The translations under genes were made by a program, and so were the position numbers. The notes below the pieces were generated by a model. The model saw nothing but the letters and a program-made list of their open reading frames with translations. It did no database searches and was not told the origin of the DNA. A DNA stretch of 64,000 bases from Pristiophorus japonicus (Eukaryota), in NCBI RefSeq assembly GCF_044704955.1, contig NC_091993.1:21762001-21826000 (forward strand). Reading direction: 5' to 3'. This document shows positions 11,857 to 24,210 of this stretch, piece after piece. Each line of letters begins with the position of its first letter. Positions within the stretch are counted from its first letter, which is position 1.

Positions 11857-12290
11857 TCACAGAAGCCACAGGGTGTTTGGTGCGGGAAATGGAAATGAAG
11901 TGTTCCCCTGAGGTTGTGGCTAGAGCACGTTGTTGGGTTACGGTAGAGTGAATTTCAATTGACATCTAACCCATGTTGCATGTGACCCAGGACTACAGAA
12001 ATGCTGATAGTGGATGCCTGAAATAGGTGTGTATGTGTATGTATTGCAGTCCCCAGGACTTACATGTCTCACCTGCAATACAAGAATACATTACACAATA
12101 AGGTCCTAAATTTCCCGAGGGGTTGTTTCAATTTCCCACCGGTGAGAGGTCGACAAAGAAATGGTGTAAACAGATATTTATTAACATTATTCTTATTATT
12201 ATTAGCCATTTATTACCATTTGTCGAGGGGTTCTGCTGACCTTCCTCCGAAACTACACTGGGACAACTCCTGTGAAGTTCTACACTTAGA

Positions 12291-12730
12291 GTGTCAGCTG
12301 TGGCTCAGTGGGTAGCACACTTGCCTCTGAGTCAGAAGGTTGTGGGTTCAAATCCCCTTTGAAGAATTTGAGCACATAAATCTAGGTTGCTGATGCTACA
12401 GTGCTGAGGGAGTGCTGTGCTGTCTTTCAGATGAGATGTTAAACAGAGGCCCTGTCTGTGGATGTAAAAGTTCCCATGGCACTATTTTGAAGAAGAACAG
12501 GGGAGTTATCCCCAGTGTCCTGGGAAATATTTATCCCTCATCAACATCATTGAAACAGATTATCTGGCCATTATCACATTGCATGTACATGGGAGCTTGC
12601 TGTGTGTAAGTTGGCTGCAGCGTTACTCACATAACAACAGTGACTACACTCCAAAAGTACTTTATTGGCTGTAAAGCACTTTGAGACATCCGGTGGTCAT
12701 GAAAGGCGCTATATAAATCCAAGTCTTTCT
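12291..12730 (+). mobile_element. Deu-domain (SacSINE1-like) SINE, near full length
   Basis: tRNA head (TGGCTCAGTGG A-box, GGTTCAAATCC B-box), Deu core GATGAGATGTTAAAC...CCCATGGCACTATTT, L2-like tail GGCGCTATATAAAT. Confidence 0.85.
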
Positions 12731-13002
12731 ATGTTTTTAGAAAATTTGAGCAATAAGTAACAGTAAATAAGGATTACCAGTGAATCTATCGAGTACTGTG
12801 CTTCCCACTCCAGCCCTTCCCTGCTGTACTCTGTATCACTCTCGCTCTCACATTCTGCAGTCAGTACTGTGTGGGTTTTTCTCACCGTTGCCTTTAGTAG
12901 TTTAGTAGTATGAATACAACGTGAGCCAACCCCATCAAAAGTCCATCTCTGCTTTGGTTGCACCAATGGGACTTAGCTTCTTGATAGCAAACTTTAAACA
13001 GC

Positions 13003-13662
13003 GGCATCACTAAGACCGCCTATTTCCACCTCCATCACATCGCCTAGCTCCACCCCTGCCTCAGCTCATCTGCTGCTGCAACCCTCATCCATGCGTTTGC
13101 TACCTCTAGACTTGCCCATTCCAATGTTCTCCTGGCCGGTCTCCCATTTTCTACCCTCCATAAACTTGAGATCATCCAAAACCCAGCTGCCCGTGTCCCA
13201 ACTCGCATTAAGTCCCACTCATCCATTCCCCCTGTGCTCGCTGCCCTACATTGGCTCCCAGTTAAGCACTGCCTCGATTTTTAAATTTGCATCCTTGTTT
13301 TCAAATCCCTCCATTGCCTCACCCCCTCCCTATCTCTGTAACCTCCTCCAGCCCCACAACCACCCCCTAGATGTCTATGCTCCTCCAATTCTGGCCTCTG
13401 GAGCATCCCTGATTATAATCGCGCCACCATTGGCTGCCGTGCATTCAGCTTCCAGGCCCTCAGCTGTGGAATTCCCTCCTGAAACCTCTCCACCTCTCCT
13501 ACCTCTCTCTTTTCCTTTAAGACGCTCTTTAAAACCTGCCTCCTCCTCTGCCCAAATATCTCCTCATGTGGCTTAGTGTCAAATTTTGCTTGATAACGCT
13601 CCTGTGAAGCACCTTGGGACGTTTGACTACTTTAAAGGTGCTATATAAATGCAAGTTGTTGT
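13003..13662 (+). mobile_element. L2-clade LINE 3' fragment
   Basis: L2 ORF2 C-terminal motifs (LIHAF..SRL, LHWLP) and tail TATATAAATGCAAGTTGTTG. Confidence 0.85.
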
Positions 13663-13985
13663 TAAATACTGATCATAGCTCCAAGCAGGATGACCCTGGG
13701 TCAGCCTCATGCATGAACTGGTCATTAAAGAGCTAATTCAGCTGAAAGGACAATTCACAATACAGGAGTGAGGAATCACTTGTGTTCAGGATTGGGCTTT
13801 GAGGTGAAGCTTCATTCTGAGATAGAGCTTGTCACTCAAGAAGACCCAGTTTTTTGACATTCCCCTTGCAGAATCTCTGCTAAAGCGCAATCATAAAATC
13901 ATTTCATCTCAGCATCCCCTAACACGATCACAGTTGACAGCTTCTCCCATGGCCCAGCAGGTAAATGCAGTGCTCAGTGCACTAC

Positions 13986-14251
13986 TAGGGGTTGCCAACC
14001 CTCCAGGGTTGGCCTGGAGTCTCCAGGAATTAAAGATTAATCTCATGGACACTGCTGTGAGTAACCCAGGAGAGATATCATAGGAGCTTTCAAAACCTTG
14101 TATGCTTTTTGTCATTTCTTTGAGCACTTTTGTTTATTAGTTATAAAAATATTGGAGATATTTTTTAAAAGTCTGTTTGACCAGGCGTTTGGAGGCGGGA
14201 AATCATGTGATGAAATCTCCAGGAATACATCCAACCAAAGTTGGAACCCAA
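13986..14251. mobile_element. hAT-type MITE (TAGGGTTGCCAAC termini)
   Basis: Ends TAGGGGTTGCCAAC / GTTGGAACCCAA; 8-bp TSD TGCACTAC / TGCACTAT. Confidence 0.75.
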
Positions 14252-14507
14252 TGCACTATTGACCAGGAAAATACTATGTTCGATCGGCAGTAGGTGGGCT
14301 CTACAGTTATAAGATTGCCTTTGTGAATACAAAGATGTGCATGATTTACAAAATTAAGAGGATGATGAGAGTTAAAGAGCTGCCCTGGGCCTAACGCAGG
14401 AGCAGTGTCTGTCTGGCTCCATCTGGTGGTTGCCTGGTAGTACTGACTCAGTACATACTTGCATTAGTAAAGGGACAGGGAACAAGGAAATGACACGAAC
14501 TGTAATA

Positions 14508-14713
14508 GAAAGAAAGACTTGGATTTATATAGCGCCTTTCACGACCACCAGACGTCACAAAGTGCTTTACAGCCAATGAAGTACTGTTGGAGTTGTAATG
14601 TGGGAAACGCAGCAGCTAATTTGCGCACAGCAAACTCCCACAAACAGCAATGTGATAATGACTAGATTTTTTTTGTTATGTTGATTTGAGGGATAAATAT
14701 TGGCCAGGACACC
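14508..14713 (-). mobile_element. Deu-domain SINE 3' fragment
   Basis: Reverse complement of the 3' half of the 20444-20880 copy. Confidence 0.75.
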
Positions 14714-15249
14714 AATAAATTTAAGGGATTACACCACGTGTACCTGCAGAATGAGGCTGCATGAAACTTCTTGTTGTTGCTCTGGGGAGCTGCAGATGCG
14801 TGTATCAGATTCCCTCAACGCTTTGTCCCATTTCACGTCTTGAAACTTCAGACGGTTCAACAACTGCTTGTCCCAGGTTCAATCCCCCACTTATGCTGCT
14901 ATCAGATCTCATGCTGGGCAGCAGCAGGGGTATTACAATTGGCCTCTGTGCCCCTGGACTAGTGGGTGGCAGGGGAGGAAATTCTGCCAGGATTCCTACT
15001 CCCTCGTCAATGACCATCTTCTGGGAAGTGGTTGGATGTGATGCCTGCTTATGCTTGAATATCCCACTAACAATTACTGCTCGGGCTTACACTTGGAGAA
15101 CGGTGACTTGAGTGGGGATACCACAGAACTGCTGGAAAGTATGGGATTATACCTCAGCGAGAGTCAGAGGAGCTAAGGGGACCAGCAGGGGGAAAAAATA
15201 CTCTTTAAACTCCAATTTAGTTTGATAGTTTGGAAAAAAGTTGATGTAA

Positions 15250-15975
15250 CGGGTTAGGCACTGCCCTTTCACTTCTTGGACCTGGGTTCAAATCAAGCCC
15301 TGAATGATGGGATTAAAGGTTTCTTTGTCTGTTGGCCACAACAGTCCAGTATGAGATGTGTTTCAGTATCCCAAATTCTACCCTACGTAAACTAGAGGCG
15401 ATCCAAAACTCGGCTGCCCATGTCCTAACTCGCACCAAGTCTCGCTCACCCATCACCCCTGTGTTTGCTGACCTACATTGGCTTCCGGTTAAGCAACATC
15501 TAAATTTCAAAATTCTCATCCTTATTTTCAAATCCCTCCATGGCCTCGCCCCCTCCCTATTTCTGTAATCTCCTCCAGCCCCACAAACACCCGAGATGTC
15601 TGCGCTCCTCTAATTCTGCCATCTTGAGCATCCCTGATTGTAATCGTTCAACCATTGGTGGCCGTGCCTTCTGTTGCCTAGGCCCCAAGCTCTGGAACTC
15701 CCTGCCTAAACCTCTCCGCCTCTCTACCTCTCTTTCCTCCTTCAAGACGTTCCTTAAAACCTACCTCTTTGACCAAGCTTTTGTTCACCTGTGCTAATTT
15801 CTACTTATGCGGCTTGGTGTCAAATTATTTATTTCATAATACTCCTGTGAAGCGCCTTGGGACATTTCACTACATTGTGTAAATACAATTTGTTGTTGTT
15901 GTAATCCCAATCCAGTCCTAAGTGAGCCTGGTCCTAGCAACAAAACGGCCCCTAATTCAGCACTAACTTGGCATC
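15250..15975 (+). mobile_element. LF-SINE-like element split by an L2 insertion (15370-15902)
   Basis: CCTTTCACTTC..CTGGGTTCAAATC..GCCC, and after the L2 ATCCAGTCCTAAGTG..CAAAAC..GCACTAACTTGGCA, resemble the LF-SINE consensus as recalled. Confidence 0.5.
15370..15902 (+). mobile_element. L2 LINE 3' fragment
   Basis: KLEAIQNSAAHVLTRTKSRSPITPVFADLHWLPV; (TTG)n tail. Confidence 0.85.
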
Positions 15976-16764
15976 TATCACTTTGATGTGCCAAAAATTC
16001 ATGAGAACAAATATATGTGGAATTTCTCAACCCAGTTCTCGCAATGCCCTTCGCCCACAGTAAGTATCCAGCGATCATGAGTCCCACTCGCTATTGTTTG
16101 AGTTCGACCCTCGCAAATGTGTCTTATCAGATGCCAGCTGTTCCTCCATTTCGTTTCTGTTCCTGCATCGGCCAATGTGGAACAGCAACCCAGACATCAA
16201 CCGAAGGCCCGGGAACAGATGGTACCCCGCGGCCAACAGAGCTTTTTATACAGCCTCTCCCGGCCACAGAATGCAAATCGGACTAAAATATTAATAGAAA
16301 CTTTTGGATTTTTTTCACCAATATAAAAGGCATTGCCATTAGTGGACGGTTTAAATTTTTCATGCATTTCAATTAACGTAGCCACAAAGTTTACAGTTCT
16401 GAAGTGTTCATGTCAAAAATTAATGAAATCAAAATAATTACAGTGGGTTTGTGTGATACACAGTCTTTTCGAATGCAGCAATTAGAATAACAAGGTGCCC
16501 TTATTTACATCATCTGTGCCCAATGCTAATTGCGCCTGATGGTTATCTGCTATTCAAGCAAATGCATTATCTTCGAGAGGCGGCCCCTCATCACTAATTA
16601 CTTCCACCATATCAGCAGCAGGCCATTTCCTCAAATAAGTACATCAATATTAAAGAGACCCCTGTCCTGAAACTGTAATTTATTTTATTTGTTTTGTGAC
16701 TTTTATTTTTTGTTCATTTTTTTATTCAGCAAGGTGAAAAAATCATTAGGCAGAAGAGTGGTAC

Positions 16765-17102
16765 ACTTTCCATTTCTGGCATCCAGTGCCAGCCTCAAGC
16801 TCTCCCAGGTCAGGTATAGCACAGAGTACATGAATGCTAAAGCTCACTCTACGCTGCCTCATAAAGCACACCGAGGTCAGGAACAGAACAAGTGAGATTC
16901 AGATTCATGCTCCCTCTGCACTGCCCATCAAGACACTCTCGGGTAAGGTATAACACAAGTCTTCTGCCCTGCTCCATCAAACATTCACAGGTCAGGTACA
17001 GCATCGCTTAAATGCAAAGTAAAGCTCCGTCTGTACTGTTCCATCAAGTACACCCAGGTCAGCTACAAATTAGATACAGAGTAAAGATTCCTTTGCACTG
17101 TG
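16765..17102. repeat. Degenerate tandem array, ~67-bp unit, ~5 copies
   Basis: Unit anchor CAGGTCAGGTA recurs at 16806, 16873, 16940, 16988, 17055. Most units continue with ..GTAAAGCTCCCTCT..CACTG..CCATCAA. Confidence 0.8.
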
Positions 17103-18754
17103 ACATTTTCCCATTTTCCACTTCAGCCACACCTTGTGACCTCTTCGAGTGACACTGCAGGCTCATGCTCAGCAGGAAGCAAAATGAGGCCATCCAGGAA
17201 AGATGAGGAGGATCATTATAGAAGTAGTGATGAAATGATGCCAAGTTCGGCTTTTAGATTACAACAGGAGGGATGACTGAGGGGGCTGAGGGGCTCCAGA
17301 ATCTTGTAGTTTTGGGGAAAGAATGATCGAGGGCAGGAGATGGTTTCAACACAGCGCGGATGCATGGAAGAGAAAGAGTGTGTTGATTATTTGTCCATTG
17401 GGGTCTTTGTACAAGTTGCAAGGATTGGATTGTGTTGTTTAAAATGGTTAAGAAAAGCGTAAATGGAATAAGATTGCTCACATAAGTTCCAGTTAGAGAC
17501 AATTTACAGAAACTGACAATATATGGTAGCTGCTGCTCCTTAATCCTTAAGCACTTCAGCCTTGTTCACTAAGTCGGAAAAAAAGCATGCTGTCTCTTTA
17601 ATTAAGGAAGGAAAATGCACATGATACCATACAGAAATTTGTCTGACGTACAGTAGAAAACCTGACTCATATGTCTCGGCCAAATAGATAGTGCACTTGT
17701 CAAAACCTATTTGTGCCAACAGCTCGGACCAAAGTGTTTTATTATCAAAAGGTTTTTAATTCCAGTGAGCATTTCCCATCCTGTCCAGGTAAGATCTCTC
17801 CTTGGGGGCACTGACATATGGGGCTGCCTCATTCCCATCTGAGCTGTCACTCTGTGCATGTCAAGTAGGGGCCGCAATCCAATTAGCCATTAATGAGACA
17901 AATGCCCTGTAGCACCAGACCAATTTGCCGCTGTTTCATTCAGATTAAATTATCAGAGACTTTAAACACCTGCACGTCAGGTACAGCACAGAAAGGGTTA
18001 ACTGAACTGTGGCCCTCCAGAAGGAAGGGCATGCGTTTGTACTGCTTTTCAACTGAAGGCTGAACTGTTGAACTTGCTGGAAAGATGTCACATACCTTCA
18101 TTGTGGAGCATCAATTCAGCCATTGTAGCTTCAGATGGTATCCTACTGCGCCATCTATGAACTGATGCCAGAAAAATTTAAAGGGGTGGTGTCACCTCAG
18201 TAAAATGCCATGGCAGATGATTTTGTTGTCTTTGGAACTCAGAAAAGGTGCAATGCCAGCATTCATGGTGCAATGATGCCATACCATTGATTCACAGGAA
18301 AACAGCAGAGAGTTAGTGGGACTGGGAGTGGGAAGTAAATGGGGAGCCAGCGGGCGAGTGCAACCTCTCCATAAGTTACTTACAAACACTTCCCTTGTCT
18401 GGCTCCATCTTTTTAACAGGCTGAATGATCATTTAGCCCGAGGATGAATAGAATAGTCGGCTTCACTAAATTACTGTGACAGCCTGAGCTGGAATTAAAA
18501 CCTGAGTACTCTTGGAAGGCGTGAGTGGAGTAATTATTGGTTCAGAAACAATATGCAATTGCATTGGTGTTGGTCAAAGATAGAAAGAATTTATGTTAAA
18601 TTTGCATATAAAAGTTCAAATGTAACATATATGAAAATATATATTTACTAAACATTTTAATGTTGCAATTGTTAAATATTTCTGTGACAATCATTTGTAA
18701 AAGAATTATTGAAACCCTGTCTAGATTTTGAGAGTTTAAAAAAAATTCATTTTC

Positions 18755-19752
18755 AGGATGTGAGCGACGATGGTAAGGCCAGCATTGTTGCCTATTCCTA
18801 GTTGCTCTTGAGAAGGTGGTGGGCATTCTTCTTGAACCGCTGCAGTCCGGGTGGTGAAGGTACTCCCACAGTGCTGTTAGGGGAGGTAGTTCCAAGATTT
18901 TGAACCAGTGACAATGGAGGGACAGCAATATGGGCCCAAGCCAGGATGGTGTGTGCCTTGGAGGGAATCTTGCAGGTGATGGTGTTTCCATGCACTTGCT
19001 GCCCTTGTCCTTTTAGGTAATGGAGGTTATGGGTTTGGGGGAAGGCGGGGGGGTGCAGGGCTGCTGCTGAAGAAGCCTGCTGAAAGTACACACTGCAGCC
19101 ACGGTATGCTGATAGTGGAGGGAGTGGATGTTTAACCCAGTGGATGGTGGGCCAATCAATTAGACTGCCTCATCCTGCCTGGATGGCGTTGATCTTCTTG
19201 AGTGTTGCTGGAGCTACACCCATCCAGGCAAGTGGAGAGTGTTTCATCACATTCTTGACTTGTGCCTTGTAGATAGTAGAGAGACTTTGGGAATTCAGGA
19301 GATGAGCCATTTGCTGCAGAATACCCGACCTGCTCTAATAGTCATGCCATTAATGTGACTGGTCCAGTTCAATTTTTGGTCAATGATGACCCCCAGGATG
19401 TTGATGGTAGGGGACACAGCAATGGTAATGCCATTGAATTTCATGGGGAGATGGTTATGCTAGCTCTTGTTGGAGATGGTTATTGCCTGACACTTGTGTG
19501 GCACGAATGTCACTTGCCACTTATCAGCCCAAGCCTGGATGTTGTCCAGGTGTTGCTGCATGCGGGCATGGACGGCTTCATTAACTGAGGAATTGCAAAT
19601 GGAGCTCAACACTGTGTAATCATCAGAGAAAAGTCCAACTCTGACATGATGGAGAGAAGGTCATTGATGAAGCAGTTGAAGATAGTTGGGCCTAGGATGC
19701 CCTGGGACTGAGATGATTGGCCTCCATTGACCACAACCATCTTTCTATGTGC
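18755..19752 (-). mobile_element. CR1-group LINE 3' fragment of a second family (tail CAATGCTGGCCTTACCATCGTCGCTCACATCC)
   Basis: Decayed RT C-terminal pieces on the minus strand (GLQRFKKNAHHLLK). Related sequence at ~50975-51260. Confidence 0.65.
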
Positions 19753-19789
19753 TAATGATTTCAGCCACTTCCGAGTTTTTCACCCCAAA

Positions 19790-20175
19790 ATGAAACAGGT
19801 GATATGATCGAGATACATAATATAACGAAAGGAACTGAAAATGTAGATAGGGAATGACTCTTCTCTCTGTGGGGGAAGCTAGAACAAGGAGATGTTGTCT
19901 TAGTATTTGAACTAAGCCTGTTCAAAGTGAATCCAGAGAAAATGTCTTCCCAAAAAAAGTAGCAACAATGAAGAATATACTGTTCGAGATCACCGTAACT
20001 GCAGAATCAATTGACATGTCTGAAAGGGAGATGGATACTTAAGTGGGAGGCGTGTATCAAGGTATATGGTGAAAGGGTAATAAACTGTGCTTAAAATGAA
20101 GAGCTGCCATGGCTAACAAAATTGTGGAGTAAGGTCAATGGGTCAAATGGCCTATTCATGTTCCTATATTTCTTT
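19790..20175 (+). mobile_element. Old CR1 3' fragment
   Basis: Diverged similarity to the CR1 3' ends at 11268-11856 and 42370-43394. Confidence 0.55.
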
Positions 20176-20443
20176 CCCTAATCCAGGGCTCAGAAGCCAA
20201 TTGTACTACCTATACGTAACCCCCCACCCCACTCTTGGTGATCAACTACCTCAGCACAGGCCAAGTAGAAACGTTAGTCCCTCCTGCCCTCTAAGGTTCA
20301 TAACACACTAGGTGAGGCATTTAACCACCGGGACATCAAGTACACTTACATTGAGTGTTTTAAACATTTTATAGTTTTCATTTGTTGTCAAAGTTTTCTC
20401 TTCTCCTCAAATTGGTGAACATCATCTCGTTACTCTGAATTAT

Positions 20444-20880
20444 GTGTCAGCATTGGCTCAGTGGGCAGCACACTCAGAAGGTTGTGGGTTCAAATCCCAC
20501 TCCAGGGACTTGAGCACATAAATTTAGGCTGATACTCCAGTGTAGTGCTGAGGGAGTGCTGCACTGTCGGAGGTGCCATGTTTCGGATGAGACGTTAAAC
20601 CCCGTCTGCCCTCTCAGGTGGACAAAAAAGATCCCATGGCACTATTTCGAAAAAGAGCAGGGGAGTTATCCCCGATGTCCTGGCCAATATTTATCCCTCA
20701 ATCAGCATAACAAAAACAGTTTTTCTGGTCATTATCACATTGCTGTTTGTGGGAGCTTGCTGTGGGCAAATTGGCGGCCGCGTTTCCCACATTACAACAG
20801 TGACTATATTCATTGGCTGTAAAGTGCTTTGCGACATCCAGTGATTGTGAAAGGCGCTATATAAATGTAAATCTTTCTTT
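20444..20880 (+). mobile_element. Deu-domain (SacSINE1-like) SINE, full length
   Basis: A/B boxes; Deu core TTTCGGATGAGACGTTAAAC...GATCCCATGGCACTATTTCG; L2-like tail. Confidence 0.88.
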
Positions 20881-21185
20881 AAGAGATCCTGTTGTGAACA
20901 TTGTGCTTTGATGCAAAATGGGTTTTCCAAATCACTATTTTCTGTTTGTCCAACATTGTTACTCAATAATGTATTTGTATTAAATAAATCACAGTTTTGC
21001 AAAATCAGAGAATAGTTTCCATCTGATACCATCAAAATAAAAACCACATAACCGGGGGATAGTTACGATGAGGAAGGCCATTGAGCCCATCTTAGAAAGA
21101 TCTGAAATTCCCCCCCAAACCCAATTTCAACATCCAATTGTTACTTAAAAGATTCCAGTATTCGCCTCCACTATTTTTCCCTCTT

Positions 21186-21443
21186 ATAGAATCATAGAGC
21201 ACAGAAGGAGGCCATTCAGCCCGTTCTGCCTGTGCTGGCTCTCTGACAGAGCGATCCAATTAGTCCCATTCCCCTGTTCTTTCCCAATAGTCCAGTAAAT
21301 GCTTCCTTTTTAAGTATTTATCCAATTCCCCACTGAATCTGCTTCCACCATTCTTTCAGGCAATGCACTCTAGATCTTAACAACTCGCTGGTTAGAAAAA
21401 TAAATCCTCTCATCTCCGCCCTGTCTTTTTTTTAATCAATTAT
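21186..21443 (-). mobile_element. CR1 3' end
   Basis: ATAGAATCATAG tail (reverse of CTATGATTCTAT) plus CR1 3' UTR. Confidence 0.75.
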
Positions 21444-23580
21444 CAACAACAACTTGTATTTATATAGCACCTTTAATGTAATGAAACATCTCAAAGTGCT
21501 TCACAGGAGTGTTATGCAATAACATTTGACACTGAGCCGCATAAGTAGAAATTAGCGCAGGTGACCAAAAAGCTTGGTCAAAGAGGTAGGTTTTAAGCAG
21601 AGTCTTGAAGGAGGAAAGAGAGGTAGAGATGCAGAGAGGTATAGACAAGGAGTTCCAGAGCTTGAGGCTCAGGCAACAGAAGGCACGGCCACCAATGGTT
21701 GAGCAATTATAATCAGGAATGCTCAGGAAGGCAGAATTAGAGGAGCGCAGACATCATGGGGGATTGTGGGGCTGGAGGAGATTACAGAGACAGGGAGGGG
21801 CAAGCCATGGAGGGATTTGAAAATAAGGATGAGAATTTTGAAATTGAGGCGTTGCTTAACCGGAAGCCAATGTAGTCCAGCGAGCACAAGGGTGATGGGT
21901 GAGTGGGACTTGTTGCGAGTTAGGACAGGGGCAACCGAGTTTTTGATCACCTCTAGTTTACATAGGGTAGAATGTGGGAGGCCAGCCATGAGTGCGTTGG
22001 AATAGTCAAGTCTAGAGGTAACAAAGGCATGGATGAGGGCTTCAGTAGCAGATGAGCTCAGGCAAGGGCAGAGATGGGCGATGTTACGGAGGTGGAAATA
22101 GGCGGTCTTAGTTATGCTGTGGATATGTGGGCAAAAGCTAATTTCAGGGTCAAATATGACACCGAGGTTGCGAACAGTCTGGTTCAGCCTCTGACAGGAG
22201 TTGGGGAGAGGGATGGAGTCAGTGGCTAGGGAATGGAGTTTGTGACGGGGACCAAAACCAATGGTTTCGATCTTTCCAATATTCAATTGGAGAAAATTTC
22301 TGCTCATCCAGAACTGGATCTCGGATAAGCAGTCTGATATTTTAGAGATGTGGAGGGGTCAAGAGAAGTTGTAGTGAGGTAGAGCTGGGTGTCAACAGCG
22401 TACATGTGGAAACCGACGCTGTGTTTCTGGATGATGTCGTCAAGGCAAAACATTTGGATGAGAAAAAGGAGGGGGCCAAGGATAGATCCTTGGGGGACAC
22501 CAGAGGTAATGATGCGGGGGTGGGACGAGAAGCTATTGCAGACACCACCTTTTTCGAGCCCACAACACACACCCAAAGGATCAACGACACCATCCCGGAC
22601 CAGGAAATTGAACCCATCATGCCCAACAGCCCAACGAAGGCAGGCTCACCCAGCAGCCCTGCAGGGCCAACAACACGCCAGCCCAGCGAGGACACAGCCA
22701 ACATACCAGAACAGACATTTGTACCGAGGCGGTCCATCAGGGAAAAAAAGGCTCCCGACTGCCTCACCTTGTAAATAGTTTTCAATTTGACTTTGGCGGG
22801 GGGAGTGATGTTGTGTATCTGTAAAGCATGCACTCCCATGTTCCACCACCGGGGAGCGCATCCCCTGAAGTCCCAAGGGATCCCAGCATCCCTTGGGAGC
22901 ACTGTATATAATCCGGCCCCTAAGGCCTGTTCCTCACTCTGGAGTGTCTTAATAAAGACTGAGGTCACTGTTACTTTAAGCTCCCTGTGTGCAGTCTCAT
23001 CTGTGTTAGGAACACAATAGAGGGATAGTTTGCCTTTGTCACAGTCACAAAGGGTGTCATTTGTGACTTTGTTGAGAGTCGTTTCAGTACTGTGGCAGAT
23101 ATTGGAGGGATTCAAATGTGGAATTTCAGGAAAGATGGGCATGGATTTGGGATACGTTCAAGGACTTTGGAGAGGAAAGGGAGGTTGGAGATGGGGCGGT
23201 AGTTTGCAAGGATGGAGAGATCAGGGGTTGTATTTTTGAGGCGAGGGGTGATGATGGCAGATTTGAGGGAGAAGGGGACAGTACCTAAGGAGAGCAAACT
23301 GTTAACAATGTCAGCTAACATAGGAGCCAGAAAAGGAAGTTGGGTGGTCAACAGTTTAATGACAAAAAGATCAAGCGAGCACAGGTGAACAGGAATTGGT
23401 GCGATTTATATCATGGGCAGCCGAGTTTTGGTTGACCTCAAGTTTACGTAGAGTAGAACGTGGGAGGCCAGCCAGGAGTGCAGTGGAATAGTCAAATCTA
23501 GAGCTAACAAAGGCATGGAAAAGGGTGTTAGCAGCAGATGAACTGAGACAGAGATGGGCGATGCTACGGAGGTGGTAAAA
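21444..23580 (-). mobile_element. L2 LINE fragments interrupted by a Gypsy fragment
   Basis: RT motifs on the minus strand: [52 protein letters not shown]. Confidence 0.88.
22543..23018 (+). mobile_element. Truncated Gypsy 3' end with type-A LTR (22809-23018)
   Basis: Integrase C-terminal tail (TFFEPTTHT...KKAPDCLTL, homologous to the end of ORF 8847-10073), PPT GGCGGGGGGAG, and an LTR matching 3490-3700. Confidence 0.9.
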
Positions 23581-24210
23581 TGTCACAAACTGCATTCCCT
23601 AGCCACCGACTCCATCCCTTTCCCTAGCATCTGTCTGTGGCTGAACCAGACTGTTCGCAACCTAGGTGTCATATTTGACTCTGAAATGAGCTACCAGCCA
23701 CATATCCACGGCATAGCTAAAATCGCCTATTGCCATCTCCGTAACCTTGCCCGTCTCCGCCCCTGCCTCAGCTCATCTGCTGCTGAAACCCTCATCAATG
23801 TCTTTGTTACCTCTAGACTTCTCATCCTTGTTTACAAATCCCTCAATGGCCTTGCCTCTCCCCTCCCTATCTCTGTAATCTCCTTCAGCCTCACAACCCC
23901 CTGAGATGTCTGCGCCCCTCAATTTCTGCCCTCTTGAGCATCCCTGATTATAACTACTCAACCATTGGTGGCCGGGTCTTCAGCTGCCTGGGCCCCAAGC
24001 TCTGAAAATTCCTCCCTAAACCTCTTTGCCTCTTTTTCCTCCTTTAAGACACTCCTTAAAACCTACCTCTTTGACCAAGCTGTTGGTCATATGCCGTAAT
24101 TTCTTCTATGTGGCTCGGTGTCAAATGTATTTGTGTTGTCTTAAAACACTGCTGTGAAGCGCCTTGCGATGTCTTACTACGTCAAATGCATTACAAGATT
24201 TTGTTGTTGT
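23581..24210 (+). mobile_element. L2 LINE 3' fragment (internally deleted)
   Basis: VRNLGVIFDSEMS...LRNLARLRP and a (TTG)n tail. Confidence 0.82.

Noticed and set aside
16765-17102. CRISPR-like array
   Set aside because: Whole units are homologous with no unique spacers; eukaryotic context and no cas genes.
22342-23142. 266-aa chimeric ORF
   Set aside because: Chance read-through across L2 and antisense Gypsy/LTR sequence.
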